Translations under genes and position numbers: made by a program
Assembly: GCA_963605535.1 (NCBI GenBank)
Contig: CAVCXB010000003.1
Coordinates: 19,797 to 83,796 of the forward strand
Length of the DNA stretch: 64,000 nucleotides
From: Wujia chipingensis
Lineage (GTDB): Bacteria > Bacillota > Clostridia > Lachnospirales > Lachnospiraceae
Direction of reading: 5' to 3'
The notes under the pieces: generated by a model
The model's database searches: none
What the model was told of the DNA's origin: nothing
The model's input: the letters and a program-made list of their open reading frames with translations, nothing else
Shown here: positions 54,287 to 64,000 of the stretch, in pieces
Numbering within the stretch: the first letter of the stretch is position 1
Layout: each line of letters opens with the position of its first letter

Positions 54287-56119
54287 ATGTCAGATGAAAG
54301 CAAATCAGAAATCGTATTGACTGATTCCATAAGACTTCAAAACAATCTCAATGGCATTGGCCGTCAGGAAGATTTCAGCAGTTTCATAAAAGGAACTGGT
54401 GTGGGCACTTTGGATGACCCTGAAAATAATGAATTTCCAGCAAACGATGAAAGATATCAGTATGGAATAACTATATCCTATACGGATTCATATATTGAAG
54501 ATGGGAAGATTAAGACAAAGAATTTCTATCAGCCTTTGGACTTAATAACATCCGTCAGTGAAAAGCTTAGTTCGCAGATAACATCCTATCCAATGACAGA
54601 TAAGGACTATGTTATGGATCATGCCTTTTCTGAGCCGATTATAGTATCCATATCTGGAATGTTTGGCTTACGTGGCAGAAACGCTCAAAAAGAACGTGTA
54701 AACAAATCCAAAGGATATACTGACGGATATGCTGAAGACATATATCCACCAGCCATCGAGACATTGGCCCCAACCAAAACCAGTAGTCGATTGATGAAAA
54801 TCCAGGAGACGTTTGAACGTCTAAAAGATGATGGATATATAGTTTCATTGACAACAATAGACAATTCGTCGTCGGCGCGTCTGGCATTTAAGCGCAGACC
54901 TTCAATGGTTTTGACAGATATATCATGGGATACGGAAAACCCCAGCGTATTAAAATATTCATTCACATTCAAGGAAATCCGATTTGCGACGATTTCCGAA
55001 GAGAATATGTTTGTATACGACAGCAGCGACGATTCTTTGGTTGGATTGACTGATCCGACAGAACTGACATTCTCTCAATCTGTATTGGATTTCTCTGATA
55101 TTGTCGGCCAATTTGTCAAAGCGGCATACAATGATGAGTTCATTACGTACGATTTTCTTGATATGTTCATCGAGGATGTCCAGTCAGACACATCGATCAC
55201 ATCTTTGGATTATGAGACTGCAAAGAAAGCCGTCTTAAAGATGTTTAAGTCAAATGACGGTAAGCTTGATCCAGATAAGCTTACTTATGGTGGGCCTGAT
55301 GCCGGATACACCATTGCGTATGCGTTCTTTGGCCTTTTCATAAGCATGTTCAAAGATACTGGAGCAACATGGAGATCAATTGGCGTAAGTACTGCGGTTG
55401 TGACTACGGCAACGATCACGATAGCCATTGCATTGAAAGTAGCTGCAGTAGCCGCTGTGGGATCCGGTCCGGTAGGCTGGATTGTCGGTGGCATAATAGC
55501 CATCGCCGCCAGCATAGGATATATTGGATATACTCTCTGGAAGAATTTTGTCGGCTTGAATCGATATAATATGGAGCGATTCTATAAAAGCTGGTTCGGA
55601 TCGAAGAACAAGAGAAATATTGTTCGATTCGCGGCGCTGATATCTTCGCTTCAGAATGAAATAAGTCAGTTTGACTCATATATCAAGGCGTATACATTCA
55701 CCACAGACGACGATCAAGTGGCTGGATTGATATACGATAATATCGTCTATAGATTTAAATTCACAAAAAATAGTACTGCTGACGGGGGTGGATACAACCT
55801 TACAATCATAGATGATGATGGCGCTGAGATTGGCACATCCGGGGCTAATGGCAGGGTTATTCTAAATGAAAACCTAATTCCATCATCGGGTGGAAGTCTT
55901 TCTGGCTTCAATACTCTTGACTCCAGACTTGGCAATCCATATAAAGTCGCATTCATCCGCAACGCTTCAGCTGTGTCATCATTCCTAAGCAATGGCAATG
56001 ATCCTGATGATGTCAAGAATCATCTTACAAATTACACTATGCTTATTACAACGGTGGATCTCACGAGATTCGAAGAACTGCTGAATAAGACGCTGCAGAA
56101 TATATTTATGAAGGACTAA
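54287..56119 (+). CDS. Dit-like tail/baseplate protein with hydrophobic insertion
   Basis: SSQITSYPM...DHAFSEPIIVSISG...MVLTDI...FTFKEIR pattern; GA-rich TM pair in middle. Confidence 0.65.
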   Translation: MSDESKSEIVLTDSIRLQNNLNGIGRQEDFSSFIKGTGVGTLDDPENNEFPANDERYQYGITISYTDSYIEDGKIKTKNFYQPLDLITSVSEKLSSQITSYPMTDKDYVMDHAFSEPIIVSISGMFGLRGRNAQKERVNKSKGYTDGYAEDIYPPAIETLAPTKTSSRLMKIQETFERLKDDGYIVSLTTIDNSSSARLAFKRRPSMVLTDISWDTENPSVLKYSFTFKEIRFATISEENMFVYDSSDDSLVGLTDPTELTFSQSVLDFSDIVGQFVKAAYNDEFITYDFLDMFIEDVQSDTSITSLDYETAKKAVLKMFKSNDGKLDPDKLTYGGPDAGYTIAYAFFGLFISMFKDTGATWRSIGVSTAVVTTATITIAIALKVAAVAAVGSGPVGWIVGGIIAIAASIGYIGYTLWKNFVGLNRYNMERFYKSWFGSKNKRNIVRFAALISSLQNEISQFDSYIKAYTFTTDDDQVAGLIYDNIVYRFKFTKNSTADGGGYNLTIIDDDGAEIGTSGANGRVILNENLIPSSGGSLSGFNTLDSRLGNPYKVAFIRNASAVSSFLSNGNDPDDVKNHLTNYTMLITTVDLTRFEELLNKTLQNIFMKD

Positions 56120-56125
56120 TTGCAT

Positions 56126-57226
56126 ATGAGCATGATTGTATGGCGACGCATTCTTCGCGTAACATTATTCAATGATTCAAAAGATGCCATAGTCTTCGGA
56201 AATGCCGATGATGTGTCAGAAGTCCATTCCATGGATGGAAATATCAGAAGAAGTAGAAAGAACAATTTGAAAATTGAAGCGACTGGAACAAAGTATCTTT
56301 CATCGATGAAGGATGAATTCATTGTTGCAATCTATAATCTGGATTATCAAACCATTCTGAAAATCGTTGGGAACGGGAAAAAAGAACTGCCTGGATACAA
56401 TTATATACGTATCGAATGCGGATATAAAACCATCAACAATGGGGAGCCGATCAAAGTTTTTGAAGGTGGAATCCTTTATGCTTCGAATGATCGAAACGAC
56501 TTCAAACAGAATAAAGTGATATTGGTATGTACGAGCAAACTGATTGCAAATGCCGGACGCACAAGGCTGAATCTCACGTTGAAAAGCGGATTGAATATAT
56601 ATACCGTATTTAAGTATCTCAGTGATAAAGCCGGAATACAGAACGCATATATCACGGAAGACATAAAGAATCTGACTCTGAAGAACGATCTTCCGCTGAA
56701 TGGAGATATTCTCACACTATTTGACAACACTGTAAATTCATCAAATGGATTAAATTCGAGTAACATCCTAGCTGTATCGGCCGATTCGACAACTGATGCA
56801 AACGGAACGGAATCGACATTTAATGTCCTGTCACTATTCAAGACCGCAAAGCGAGCAATAACCATCAAAGCCTCGGATGGATTGCTGATCAATAACTATG
56901 CAACAATCACAAGCGAAGGCATCAATTTCACAGCCTTATGTACAATATGCCTGAGTCCCGGTGATCTGATACGTATGGATAATAGCCTCATTAATGTGTC
57001 ATTCAGTTCAAAATCCGAAGCGCTTAAAGCAACCTCGACATTGCTTAAGATTGATGAAAACCGTGAAACGGATGAAAATGGCGCAGAATATTACACATCG
57101 TACGGGTATTATTACGTATGGGAAGTGAAATACAGCCTTGATAATACAACAGGCGATTTCTCGCAGACTGTCATATGCAAATCAAAATCTCTTTTGAGTG
57201 GAATTCAGAGCAATACGTCATCATAG
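56126..57226 (+). CDS. baseplate hub protein
   Basis: IYNL...IRIECGY...VFEGGI...GYYYVWEVKYSLD pattern; synteny. Confidence 0.7.
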   Translation: MSMIVWRRILRVTLFNDSKDAIVFGNADDVSEVHSMDGNIRRSRKNNLKIEATGTKYLSSMKDEFIVAIYNLDYQTILKIVGNGKKELPGYNYIRIECGYKTINNGEPIKVFEGGILYASNDRNDFKQNKVILVCTSKLIANAGRTRLNLTLKSGLNIYTVFKYLSDKAGIQNAYITEDIKNLTLKNDLPLNGDILTLFDNTVNSSNGLNSSNILAVSADSTTDANGTESTFNVLSLFKTAKRAITIKASDGLLINNYATITSEGINFTALCTICLSPGDLIRMDNSLINVSFSSKSEALKATSTLLKIDENRETDENGAEYYTSYGYYYVWEVKYSLDNTTGDFSQTVICKSKSLLSGIQSNTSS

Positions 57227-57237
57227 GAGCATGTATC

Positions 57238-57687
57238 ATGAGCACAGTAAATTACAATGCAAAGAAGAGAATCAGCGATGTCGGTACGTATGAATCGAAT
57301 CTTAATGATGTCACGTCGAACAGCAGACGAAACTTCGGAAAGAATCTTTATGTTGCGTCAATGGCCAAAATAACGAGTGCCGATGCGACGAATCGGTCAT
57401 ACGGCGTTGAATTATTTCCAACTTTTAAATCTGACACATCAACAAATGGACAGGAAATATCCGTAAAGGCATTAAGCCAATTCTGGAGCATCACGGAAAA
57501 TTCAGTTTCCCCAGAGCTTAATGTCGATGATATTGTGCTAGTTCTCTTTCTGGATCTTGATTATAAGGATTCTCTTGAATACATGCTGACATATGATGGT
57601 GATAATCCAGTTATTCCTACGGTAGAGAATGATATTCTTACACATACAAAGGATTATGGGATTATTATTGGAAAGGTTGTATGCTGA
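57238..57687 (+). CDS. baseplate spike-like protein (gp138 N-terminal type)
   Basis: PELNVDDIVLVLFLDLD...H..DYGIIIG. Confidence 0.6.
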   Translation: MSTVNYNAKKRISDVGTYESNLNDVTSNSRRNFGKNLYVASMAKITSADATNRSYGVELFPTFKSDTSTNGQEISVKALSQFWSITENSVSPELNVDDIVLVLFLDLDYKDSLEYMLTYDGDNPVIPTVENDILTHTKDYGIIIGKVVC

Positions 57688-57765
57688 TGAAGGGCCTATA
57701 TGATGGGCTCTTTTTATTTAAATAAGGTATGATTTTAATTATAATAATTGAAGAGGGTATTTAAT

Positions 57766-59457
57766 ATGGCTGATACAGATTTCAATAAGATGTTGGCGTT
57801 TGCTGCAAAAGGTGAATTGAGTGCATCATATCAAGACATTCGAAATATTTTGGTTGCGCGAGCAAAAGCCGTTTATGGTGATGATATTGATACATCATTA
57901 GATTGTGCCGATGGGATTCAATTATCCAATGATGCGTTGCTTATACAGAATGTTTTGACGAGCATAGGATCGATATATGAGAATATGAACCCAACTACCG
58001 CAAGTGGAAAAAATCTTGAGGTATGGGCGTCCTACAATAATGTGAAGCGCAAATCGGCAACGAAATCAAAAGCCTACATAACATTGAGGAATACTAAAAA
58101 ATCTGGCACAATAACAATCAATGAATATAATGCATATAATGAAATCAATAGACTTGCCCTTATGGATAAGAATCATAATATTTGGTATGTCAGCGATAAA
58201 TATATCAATGAGACTATAGCGGCTGGAGAATCGCTGTCGGTTTGGGCCGAGTATAGTGCCTATGGCGCATATGAAGCCAAAGCCGGATCCATCTGCGAGA
58301 CTGTGGAAGCCATATCAGGTCTTACTGTTGAGCAGGCAAAAGACGCGGTTGTCGGTTCAAGTGAAGAATCTGATGAGAGTCTGCGAGCAAGAAGATTGTC
58401 AGAAGCCGGATCTGCCGGAAGATCAAATCTTCAGGCAATCAAATCGGCGTTAATGCAATTGGATGGAATCGCCGATGTGAAAGTCATTAACAATAATAAT
58501 GACTTTTCGATTGGCCAAAATAGCGACTCGATTAATAAATGGGTTGGTGGAAATAACAGCACTGTTGATGTAGAACCCTTTGATACTACCATCAAGTCAC
58601 ATAAGGTTATGATATTTATCAAGCCGAAAATGGGCGATCGATTGAATCGAGATGATATTGCTGAGGTTATATGGAATAAGATGACTCCTGGAGTTGCAAC
58701 ACAGGGTGAGACTTTATTGGATAGAATGGATGAGAATTTCGCATCGAAATTTTATACACAGAGTTACTATGTGTCAAGAAGCGTTGGTACCGATGGGTAT
58801 AAGTCAACTAGTTCTAGTGAGAGTGATTTCAATAGCAATCCAGAATTGTTTGAGTATCCTCAAATCGCATCAACTGGAGAAACCGGTGAGATTTTATGCA
58901 ATCTAACCGGTGTTATCAAAGGCAAGAAGATGACGTCTATGGTTCAGAATCAATTCGTGTTTTGGAAAGAATTGAAAGCTCTAAATCCAACCTTAAAGAT
59001 TAGTTTCATTGGAACGACTAATTTCAATATCGGTGCATTGAATGTGTGTGCAGACGCCAATGGCGTTTATAAAATCACTGATCCTGATAATGATATCGAT
59101 GAATCAAGTGTTGCGTCAATTATTGCAAATAGAGTCATTGATCACATAAATAATGAATTGGGTATATTTGACAATATTGATGTTGATGAGATTCAAAACA
59201 TCATTATGGATTCCGATCCATATGCTAATGGGAAAAGAACCATAAAGAGAATATCCGTTGCTGACGGTGATGGAATGAATTGGGATTTATCTAAATATGT
59301 CACGAACGATGATAAGAGTGAAAAACCATTAAGCGCAAATCTAGCTAACGTTCCTATCACTCAGAATCTCGGATCATATTATCATTACAGCAAGTGGACA
59401 GCTGAAATAACAAAAAACACTGATAATACGTATAAAGTTGATATAACAATCTGTTAA
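57766..59457 (+). CDS. baseplate J-like wedge protein
   Basis: VYGDDID, NPTTASGKNLE, VKRKSATKS, GSSEESDESLRARR, LDGIADVKV, TPGVATQG. Confidence 0.85.
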   Translation: MADTDFNKMLAFAAKGELSASYQDIRNILVARAKAVYGDDIDTSLDCADGIQLSNDALLIQNVLTSIGSIYENMNPTTASGKNLEVWASYNNVKRKSATKSKAYITLRNTKKSGTITINEYNAYNEINRLALMDKNHNIWYVSDKYINETIAAGESLSVWAEYSAYGAYEAKAGSICETVEAISGLTVEQAKDAVVGSSEESDESLRARRLSEAGSAGRSNLQAIKSALMQLDGIADVKVINNNNDFSIGQNSDSINKWVGGNNSTVDVEPFDTTIKSHKVMIFIKPKMGDRLNRDDIAEVIWNKMTPGVATQGETLLDRMDENFASKFYTQSYYVSRSVGTDGYKSTSSSESDFNSNPELFEYPQIASTGETGEILCNLTGVIKGKKMTSMVQNQFVFWKELKALNPTLKISFIGTTNFNIGALNVCADANGVYKITDPDNDIDESSVASIIANRVIDHINNELGIFDNIDVDEIQNIIMDSDPYANGKRTIKRISVADGDGMNWDLSKYVTNDDKSEKPLSANLANVPITQNLGSYYHYSKWTAEITKNTDNTYKVDITIC

Positions 59458-59470
59458 ACGGGATATTGAT

Positions 59471-60673
59471 ATGGCTAGCAATAAATTAAGTAAATTTGAT
59501 TGGGAATATTACAAACGCCGATATCCCGAATATCTTAAGAATGATGGCGTCATTGATATGTCTAGGATTTTATATGACATCCTTATGGTATGCGAAAGCA
59601 TGAAGCCAATATTGATTAAGATGTTTGATGTCAACAATGTCCTGAAATCCGAAGACGGTGTTGATTATATCGACTATATCACTGGAATCAAGGATTATTA
59701 TAATAAGTCAAAACAGTATCGATCCTCAATTGGTTCATTGGAAGCATCATCAAATTTGTCTGATGGATATTACAATAAACTTGAAAGTAATGATGATATC
59801 AAAGATGACATCGAGCATCTTGAATCATATAACGGGACATCCATGAAACATTGGTTCAAGGATAACGCCGATTTGGACGGCTGTATTGTATCCAAAAATT
59901 TGGAGCAGTACAAATATTGGAATGATGAAATGGTATCGCAGGTGCTAGATTTCATAGGACAGTCATTCGGTGTCAGTCGAACAATCAGCATCAGATGGCT
60001 TGCAAATACTCCGGAATATGGTGGCACAGTATATTACGAAGATGGGAAGGATAAGGATTGGCATCCCGTCAAATTGAATAACTACAACTATCTTAAGCTG
60101 ATACGATTTCAAATCATCAAAAATAACACCGATGGTTCCCGGCAGGACATGAATAATCTGTATAAAAGCATTGATCTTCCGATATCAATATACAATTCTC
60201 CGGCTGGGGATGATTTGGTTGCTGAATTACATTTTGAACTGAAATATCTGAATAATGCGGATAGTGAATACAATGTCAATTATATGGATAGGCTGATGTT
60301 CCTGAACGGATATTATGATATGAATATTCTTGGCGTATCCATCACTCGATTTGCATCGTTTGCCGACTACGTATCGAATTATGCCATGCTGGCAAACGAA
60401 TATGATACAAAAGAAGAGCTATTGAAAAATGATTTCAGTTCACCATCAAAATTCGCAGCCATATGGTTTGATGTAGAAAATGTCGATAATGATGCAGTGT
60501 TTGATGTTGCCAATAAAAACTCTGAAGTCGAATCGAATTTCAATAAGCATATGGATGAGATTGAAGGATATGTCAATAAGTTTCAGTCGGGTGCCGGAAC
60601 ACCGACATTCGATAAAGATAAAAAGAATCCTAAAGCCGATTATTATGTTATAGGATATGGTGTATGGAATTAA
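59471..60673 (+). CDS. baseplate wedge protein (DUF2612-like)
   Basis: VLDFIGQSFGVSR...LNNYNYLKLIRFQIIKNNTDGS. Confidence 0.7.
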   Translation: MASNKLSKFDWEYYKRRYPEYLKNDGVIDMSRILYDILMVCESMKPILIKMFDVNNVLKSEDGVDYIDYITGIKDYYNKSKQYRSSIGSLEASSNLSDGYYNKLESNDDIKDDIEHLESYNGTSMKHWFKDNADLDGCIVSKNLEQYKYWNDEMVSQVLDFIGQSFGVSRTISIRWLANTPEYGGTVYYEDGKDKDWHPVKLNNYNYLKLIRFQIIKNNTDGSRQDMNNLYKSIDLPISIYNSPAGDDLVAELHFELKYLNNADSEYNVNYMDRLMFLNGYYDMNILGVSITRFASFADYVSNYAMLANEYDTKEELLKNDFSSPSKFAAIWFDVENVDNDAVFDVANKNSEVESNFNKHMDEIEGYVNKFQSGAGTPTFDKDKKNPKADYYVIGYGVWN

Positions 60674-60687
60674 CGGAGGATTGAGAA

Positions 60688-61911
60688 ATGATTTGCAGAA
60701 GATATGTGACATTGACTGATCCGACCACCAATAGGCAGGTTCGCCGACTTGTTCGATTCGGTTCTCTTGGTAAGGATTCAAATGGCCATGGTATATTTTA
60801 TAATGATGGTAAATTGACGCATCGAAAATATCTGTCTTATAAATTGATTGCTGGATATGGCATGCCGGAATATCCTGAGTTAACAACTTATACGGGGCCG
60901 TATTATTCAAAAGAACATACAACAACCGTATCCAATATCGAGGGCGCCACGGTAAATATTCCATACAATAATCCATCAACTCTGACGATGGATTATAGCT
61001 TTGCGAATAATTTGATTGCGAATGATGAAATTATTGAAAATGGAACTGATGATACAGTGACTCATGATCGTGGTGGAAACACGTGGACATGCCATGCCAA
61101 AATAATCGATGCCGATGAATCCGCATCAATCGATGATACGAGCGATGATTCGTCATCGGCTGATGGTATATCAATGAAATACGTACTGAATGATTGCTCA
61201 TGCGGAACCATTTATTATGATATCGATACCGGCTGCCATTATATTAGATTCAATTATGGAAATCAGAAATGGGTTGACGTAAGCGATTGGATTAATTCAA
61301 TGAATCTTGGATACAATAAATCCAGTACATTTATTCTCGGCCGTGGATATCCGAATGAGAATACATCCAAAGGCATTCTTGATTCTGATACTGAAACCGT
61401 CCGGAGCCAACTGAAATCAGCGCAATCAGGGTGGTGCTATGTGGATGTCGATGATTGGAATATATATAGATTCAATGAAAGTGCCGACGATGAATTTGAT
61501 TGGACTATTACCATGCCTACAGTAAGTCTGTTGAATGATAAAACAAATGCTGAACGCCCGGAATATTTAATTGATATCACATTCAAAAGCAAGGTTGAGA
61601 TCAATGAGATGTTTAAGACAATCGATCGTGATGGAGCATATGCCGAAGGCAATGAAGCCGTTATGCATTCGCTCAATCAGAAACTATCCATATTAGAAGG
61701 CGAAATATGGAATAGAATCGATAAAGGCTGGCCATTGATGAATAAATCAAGCAAATTGATTTATGATACGTATTTGCTTGATACTATATCAAATCATCCA
61801 AAAGTCGTATCAATCAAGGAATTTCAGTCAAGTTCTGAGAATAGACGTTATTCTGCTTATGTACGTATTGAAACAATCTATGGGACAACCGAAGTTGCAG
61901 TATCAAAATGA
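60688..61911 (+). CDS. baseplate wedge/sheath-initiator-like protein with large insertion
   Basis: C-terminal EAVMHSLNQKLSILEGE.W....G.P...I..HPKVVSI..F...R.YS....ETIYG. Confidence 0.6.
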   Translation: MICRRYVTLTDPTTNRQVRRLVRFGSLGKDSNGHGIFYNDGKLTHRKYLSYKLIAGYGMPEYPELTTYTGPYYSKEHTTTVSNIEGATVNIPYNNPSTLTMDYSFANNLIANDEIIENGTDDTVTHDRGGNTWTCHAKIIDADESASIDDTSDDSSSADGISMKYVLNDCSCGTIYYDIDTGCHYIRFNYGNQKWVDVSDWINSMNLGYNKSSTFILGRGYPNENTSKGILDSDTETVRSQLKSAQSGWCYVDVDDWNIYRFNESADDEFDWTITMPTVSLLNDKTNAERPEYLIDITFKSKVEINEMFKTIDRDGAYAEGNEAVMHSLNQKLSILEGEIWNRIDKGWPLMNKSSKLIYDTYLLDTISNHPKVVSIKEFQSSSENRRYSAYVRIETIYGTTEVAVSK

Positions 61912-61986
61912 CATGGGTTAAATTTTAGACCTATGTCTTTTGATTTATAATAAATATAGAACATTATTAAATTAAGGAGTTATTAT

Positions 61987-62880
61987 ATGAGATTCTTATC
62001 ATTAGAAAAAATTTCAGCCCACAAATTCAAAGATAATAACGGCCAGATGGTCTGCACAGACTGCATTCTTGCCCGTACCGGAAAACAGTCCTACACGAGA
62101 AAAGAAGTGTTTGGCGATTCCATCGACAATCCTTATGGTGAAATTCAACTCGATAGACCGGCTGATGAAGTCTTTTCAGATTCAACAATGGCCAGTTTCG
62201 AGAATAAGCCTGTCACACTCGAACATCCAAGTGAGAATGTCAATACGGACAATTATGGCAAATTTGCTGTAGGGTTTGTCAGAGATATCCATAAAGGTGT
62301 TTATATTGATGATGATGGCGAACAGCATGATGTCATGATGGGAACAATCGTGCTGACGAATAAGAGAGCCATTCAGCTTCTTGAAGACGGTGAAGAGAAC
62401 TTCCTTTCCTGCGGATATGATTGCGATGTCACCACAGATGATAATCCGAGACAGATCAATATCCGTGGAAACCATATCGCAATGTGTGCCAATCCCCGTG
62501 CCGGATTTACACAAATCCGAGACTCAGCATCAAACCGAGTTCTTGCAAGAATGTCTGATCTTCCGACATTGATGGCTTGGATCAACGAAGCAAATAAAAA
62601 AGAAATCACAGCAAGAATCACATGTACGTATAGCTCCAATCTGAATACAACATTCATAGGAAGCAAGCATTATTCATTGTCATCCGAAGCAAAGAAGAGA
62701 TTCAAGGATATTCTGAATAAAGTCAGAGTCAAGGATGATGGCAAAGGCAACGCCGTCATGTACATCAATGGGGCTGATGACTATGCCGAAAAATACGCCT
62801 CTGATTTATATGATTTCTTTTGGCATGCGTTAGGCAATCGCAGTAATTTTATCTTTGACTTCAAATTGTTCGAGGATTAA
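61987..62880 (+). CDS. DUF2213-family head maturation protein
   Basis: ILARTGKQSY, RPADEVFS, SFENKPVTLEHP, LSCGYDC, QINIRGNHIA...RAG. Confidence 0.9.
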   Translation: MRFLSLEKISAHKFKDNNGQMVCTDCILARTGKQSYTRKEVFGDSIDNPYGEIQLDRPADEVFSDSTMASFENKPVTLEHPSENVNTDNYGKFAVGFVRDIHKGVYIDDDGEQHDVMMGTIVLTNKRAIQLLEDGEENFLSCGYDCDVTTDDNPRQINIRGNHIAMCANPRAGFTQIRDSASNRVLARMSDLPTLMAWINEANKKEITARITCTYSSNLNTTFIGSKHYSLSSEAKKRFKDILNKVRVKDDGKGNAVMYINGADDYAEKYASDLYDFFWHALGNRSNFIFDFKLFED

Positions 62881-62884
62881 TTGA

Positions 62885-63382
62885 ATGAGCGTAACAGCAA
62901 AATATATCAAGTGGCACGAAACGAAGAATGATGCCGACACAGATCTTGATGTCATGGTTGATTATTCGAAATGTGATTCTAAAGGAAATGATATTTCAAG
63001 TACCTACGCAAAAAGAAAACTTGTCGCTGATGATGACCACAAAGTTGGCAGCTGCACATTAAGGTGGTCTGAAACTTTTGCATCAAATAGCAATAAATAC
63101 ATCAATCAACTTAGCAATAGCGAGATTATTTCAGAATTGAGTAAATTTTGCAAAGATAGTACGTATTATTTACCAATCGTCAAAATCAAATCTGATGATG
63201 GAACAATCAATATAGTTTGCCATCCAATTATTTCCGATGATTGCAAATTTGGATTCAAGAATTATATTGACTCAACGGAAGTCATTGTCGACACTTCAAA
63301 TGGAGAAATTTCAGCCATATCTGATGCTGATAAAAAGGATGCCATCACATTAAATTTCTATTTCAATACATTGGAGGCTTAA
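62885..63382 (+). CDS. tail-fibre-associated hypothetical protein
   Basis: DSKGNDISSTYAK motif typical of fibre proteins. Confidence 0.65.
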   Translation: MSVTAKYIKWHETKNDADTDLDVMVDYSKCDSKGNDISSTYAKRKLVADDDHKVGSCTLRWSETFASNSNKYINQLSNSEIISELSKFCKDSTYYLPIVKIKSDDGTINIVCHPIISDDCKFGFKNYIDSTEVIVDTSNGEISAISDADKKDAITLNFYFNTLEA

Positions 63383-63385
63383 TTT

Positions 63386-64000
63386 ATGGATACGAAAAAG
63401 TCTGAGCTGGAAAAGCTTCTTTCCAGTGTAAATAGCCTTTCAGATCACATCAATGAAGCAACCACCGATTTATCTTCATTGAAGAATTCTCTTAAATCAA
63501 CAGATGCAAATTTGACTAGCCTGAAATCGGTCGCCGTCACACAGAGTGAATTAGCCAAAGTGACACCATCCATTTCTGATGCCGGCTATTGGAAAATTGG
63601 CGGTGTTGATACCGGAATTCTTGCCCGAGGCGTCAATGGCACAGACGGCGTCGACGGAAAAGATGGAAAAGATGGCGAAAAAGGTGACAAGGGAGACAAG
63701 GGTGATCAGGGCGTTTCCATTAGCACAATAAAAAATTATTATAAGAAATCAAGCAAATCAAGCGGCGAGACAATCGGCGACGGATGGAGCGAATCCATCC
63801 CGACTTTGGATTCGCTCAATAAGTATCTCTGGAATTATGAGGTTGTGTATAACAGCAATGGGATCATATTTAGCCAATCAAATCCATGTGTCATCGGTTC
63901 ACTCGGTGCCGATGGTGTCGGCATTGAATCAATCGTTGATTATTATGGATTAAGTGCTTCAGCCGATGCAGAGCCAATTGATTGGTCAACTGAAGTCAAA
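63386..64000 (+). CDS. collagen-repeat tail fibre protein, partial
   Basis: ATG 63386 after GGAGG; GVNGTDGVDGKDGKDGEKGDKGDKGDQG then YY..S...GWSESIP...KYLW repeat; open to window end. Confidence 0.8.
   Translation, partial: MDTKKSELEKLLSSVNSLSDHINEATTDLSSLKNSLKSTDANLTSLKSVAVTQSELAKVTPSISDAGYWKIGGVDTGILARGVNGTDGVDGKDGKDGEKGDKGDKGDQGVSISTIKNYYKKSSKSSGETIGDGWSESIPTLDSLNKYLWNYEVVYNSNGIIFSQSNPCVIGSLGADGVGIESIVDYYGLSASADAEPIDWSTEVK

Noticed and set aside
60688..61911. Intein as explanation for the insertion
   Set aside because: No C/S...HN-C/S/T splice motifs or LAGLIDADG blocks at plausible boundaries
1..64000. tRNA genes, integrase, transposase, reverse transcriptase/DGR, stop-codon recoding
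   Set aside because: No cloverleaf with T-loop consensus or relevant protein motifs seen by eye; genes are intact in the standard code with TAA, TAG and TGA all used as stops. tRNAscan would be needed to exclude tRNAs firmly.

Overview
This window is part of a large tailed phage genome. It is probably a contractile-tail (myovirus-type) phage of a Bacillota host, judged from sigmaA-type promoters, AAAGGAGG ribosome-binding sites and standard stop-codon usage. Positions 1-39.7 kb are mostly minus-strand accessory/early genes: GNAT, FolD, SNF2-type helicase, class-3 lipase, Dam, an EcoRI-family MTase with a DUF262-HNH nuclease, a DprA-like fragment, a MoxR-type AAA ATPase with a vWA partner, and many hypotheticals. 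Positions 40.1-64 kb are a plus-strand morphogenesis region: portal, tail fibre, holin, tail chaperone, tape measure, baseplate proteins and DUF2213. The most unusual signals are non-coding. (1) A highly iterated palindrome TACGTA (extended consensus TACGTACWG) occurs about 105 times by eye between 16.6 and 34.6 kb and was not seen between 35.0 and 44.4 kb. (2) Four short promoter-to-terminator units look like small RNAs, and each carries the reverse complement of a Shine-Dalgarno plus start codon, suggesting an anti-RBS sRNA set. (3) A 1.8-kb gene-free region holds perfect 15-21 bp hairpins, nested mutually exclusive inverted repeats and 10-bp-period repeats. (4) A family of intergenic hairpins shares a conserved bulge. 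(5) Three adjacent genes share a double-SD leader. All family calls come from motifs recognised by eye; no database search was run.
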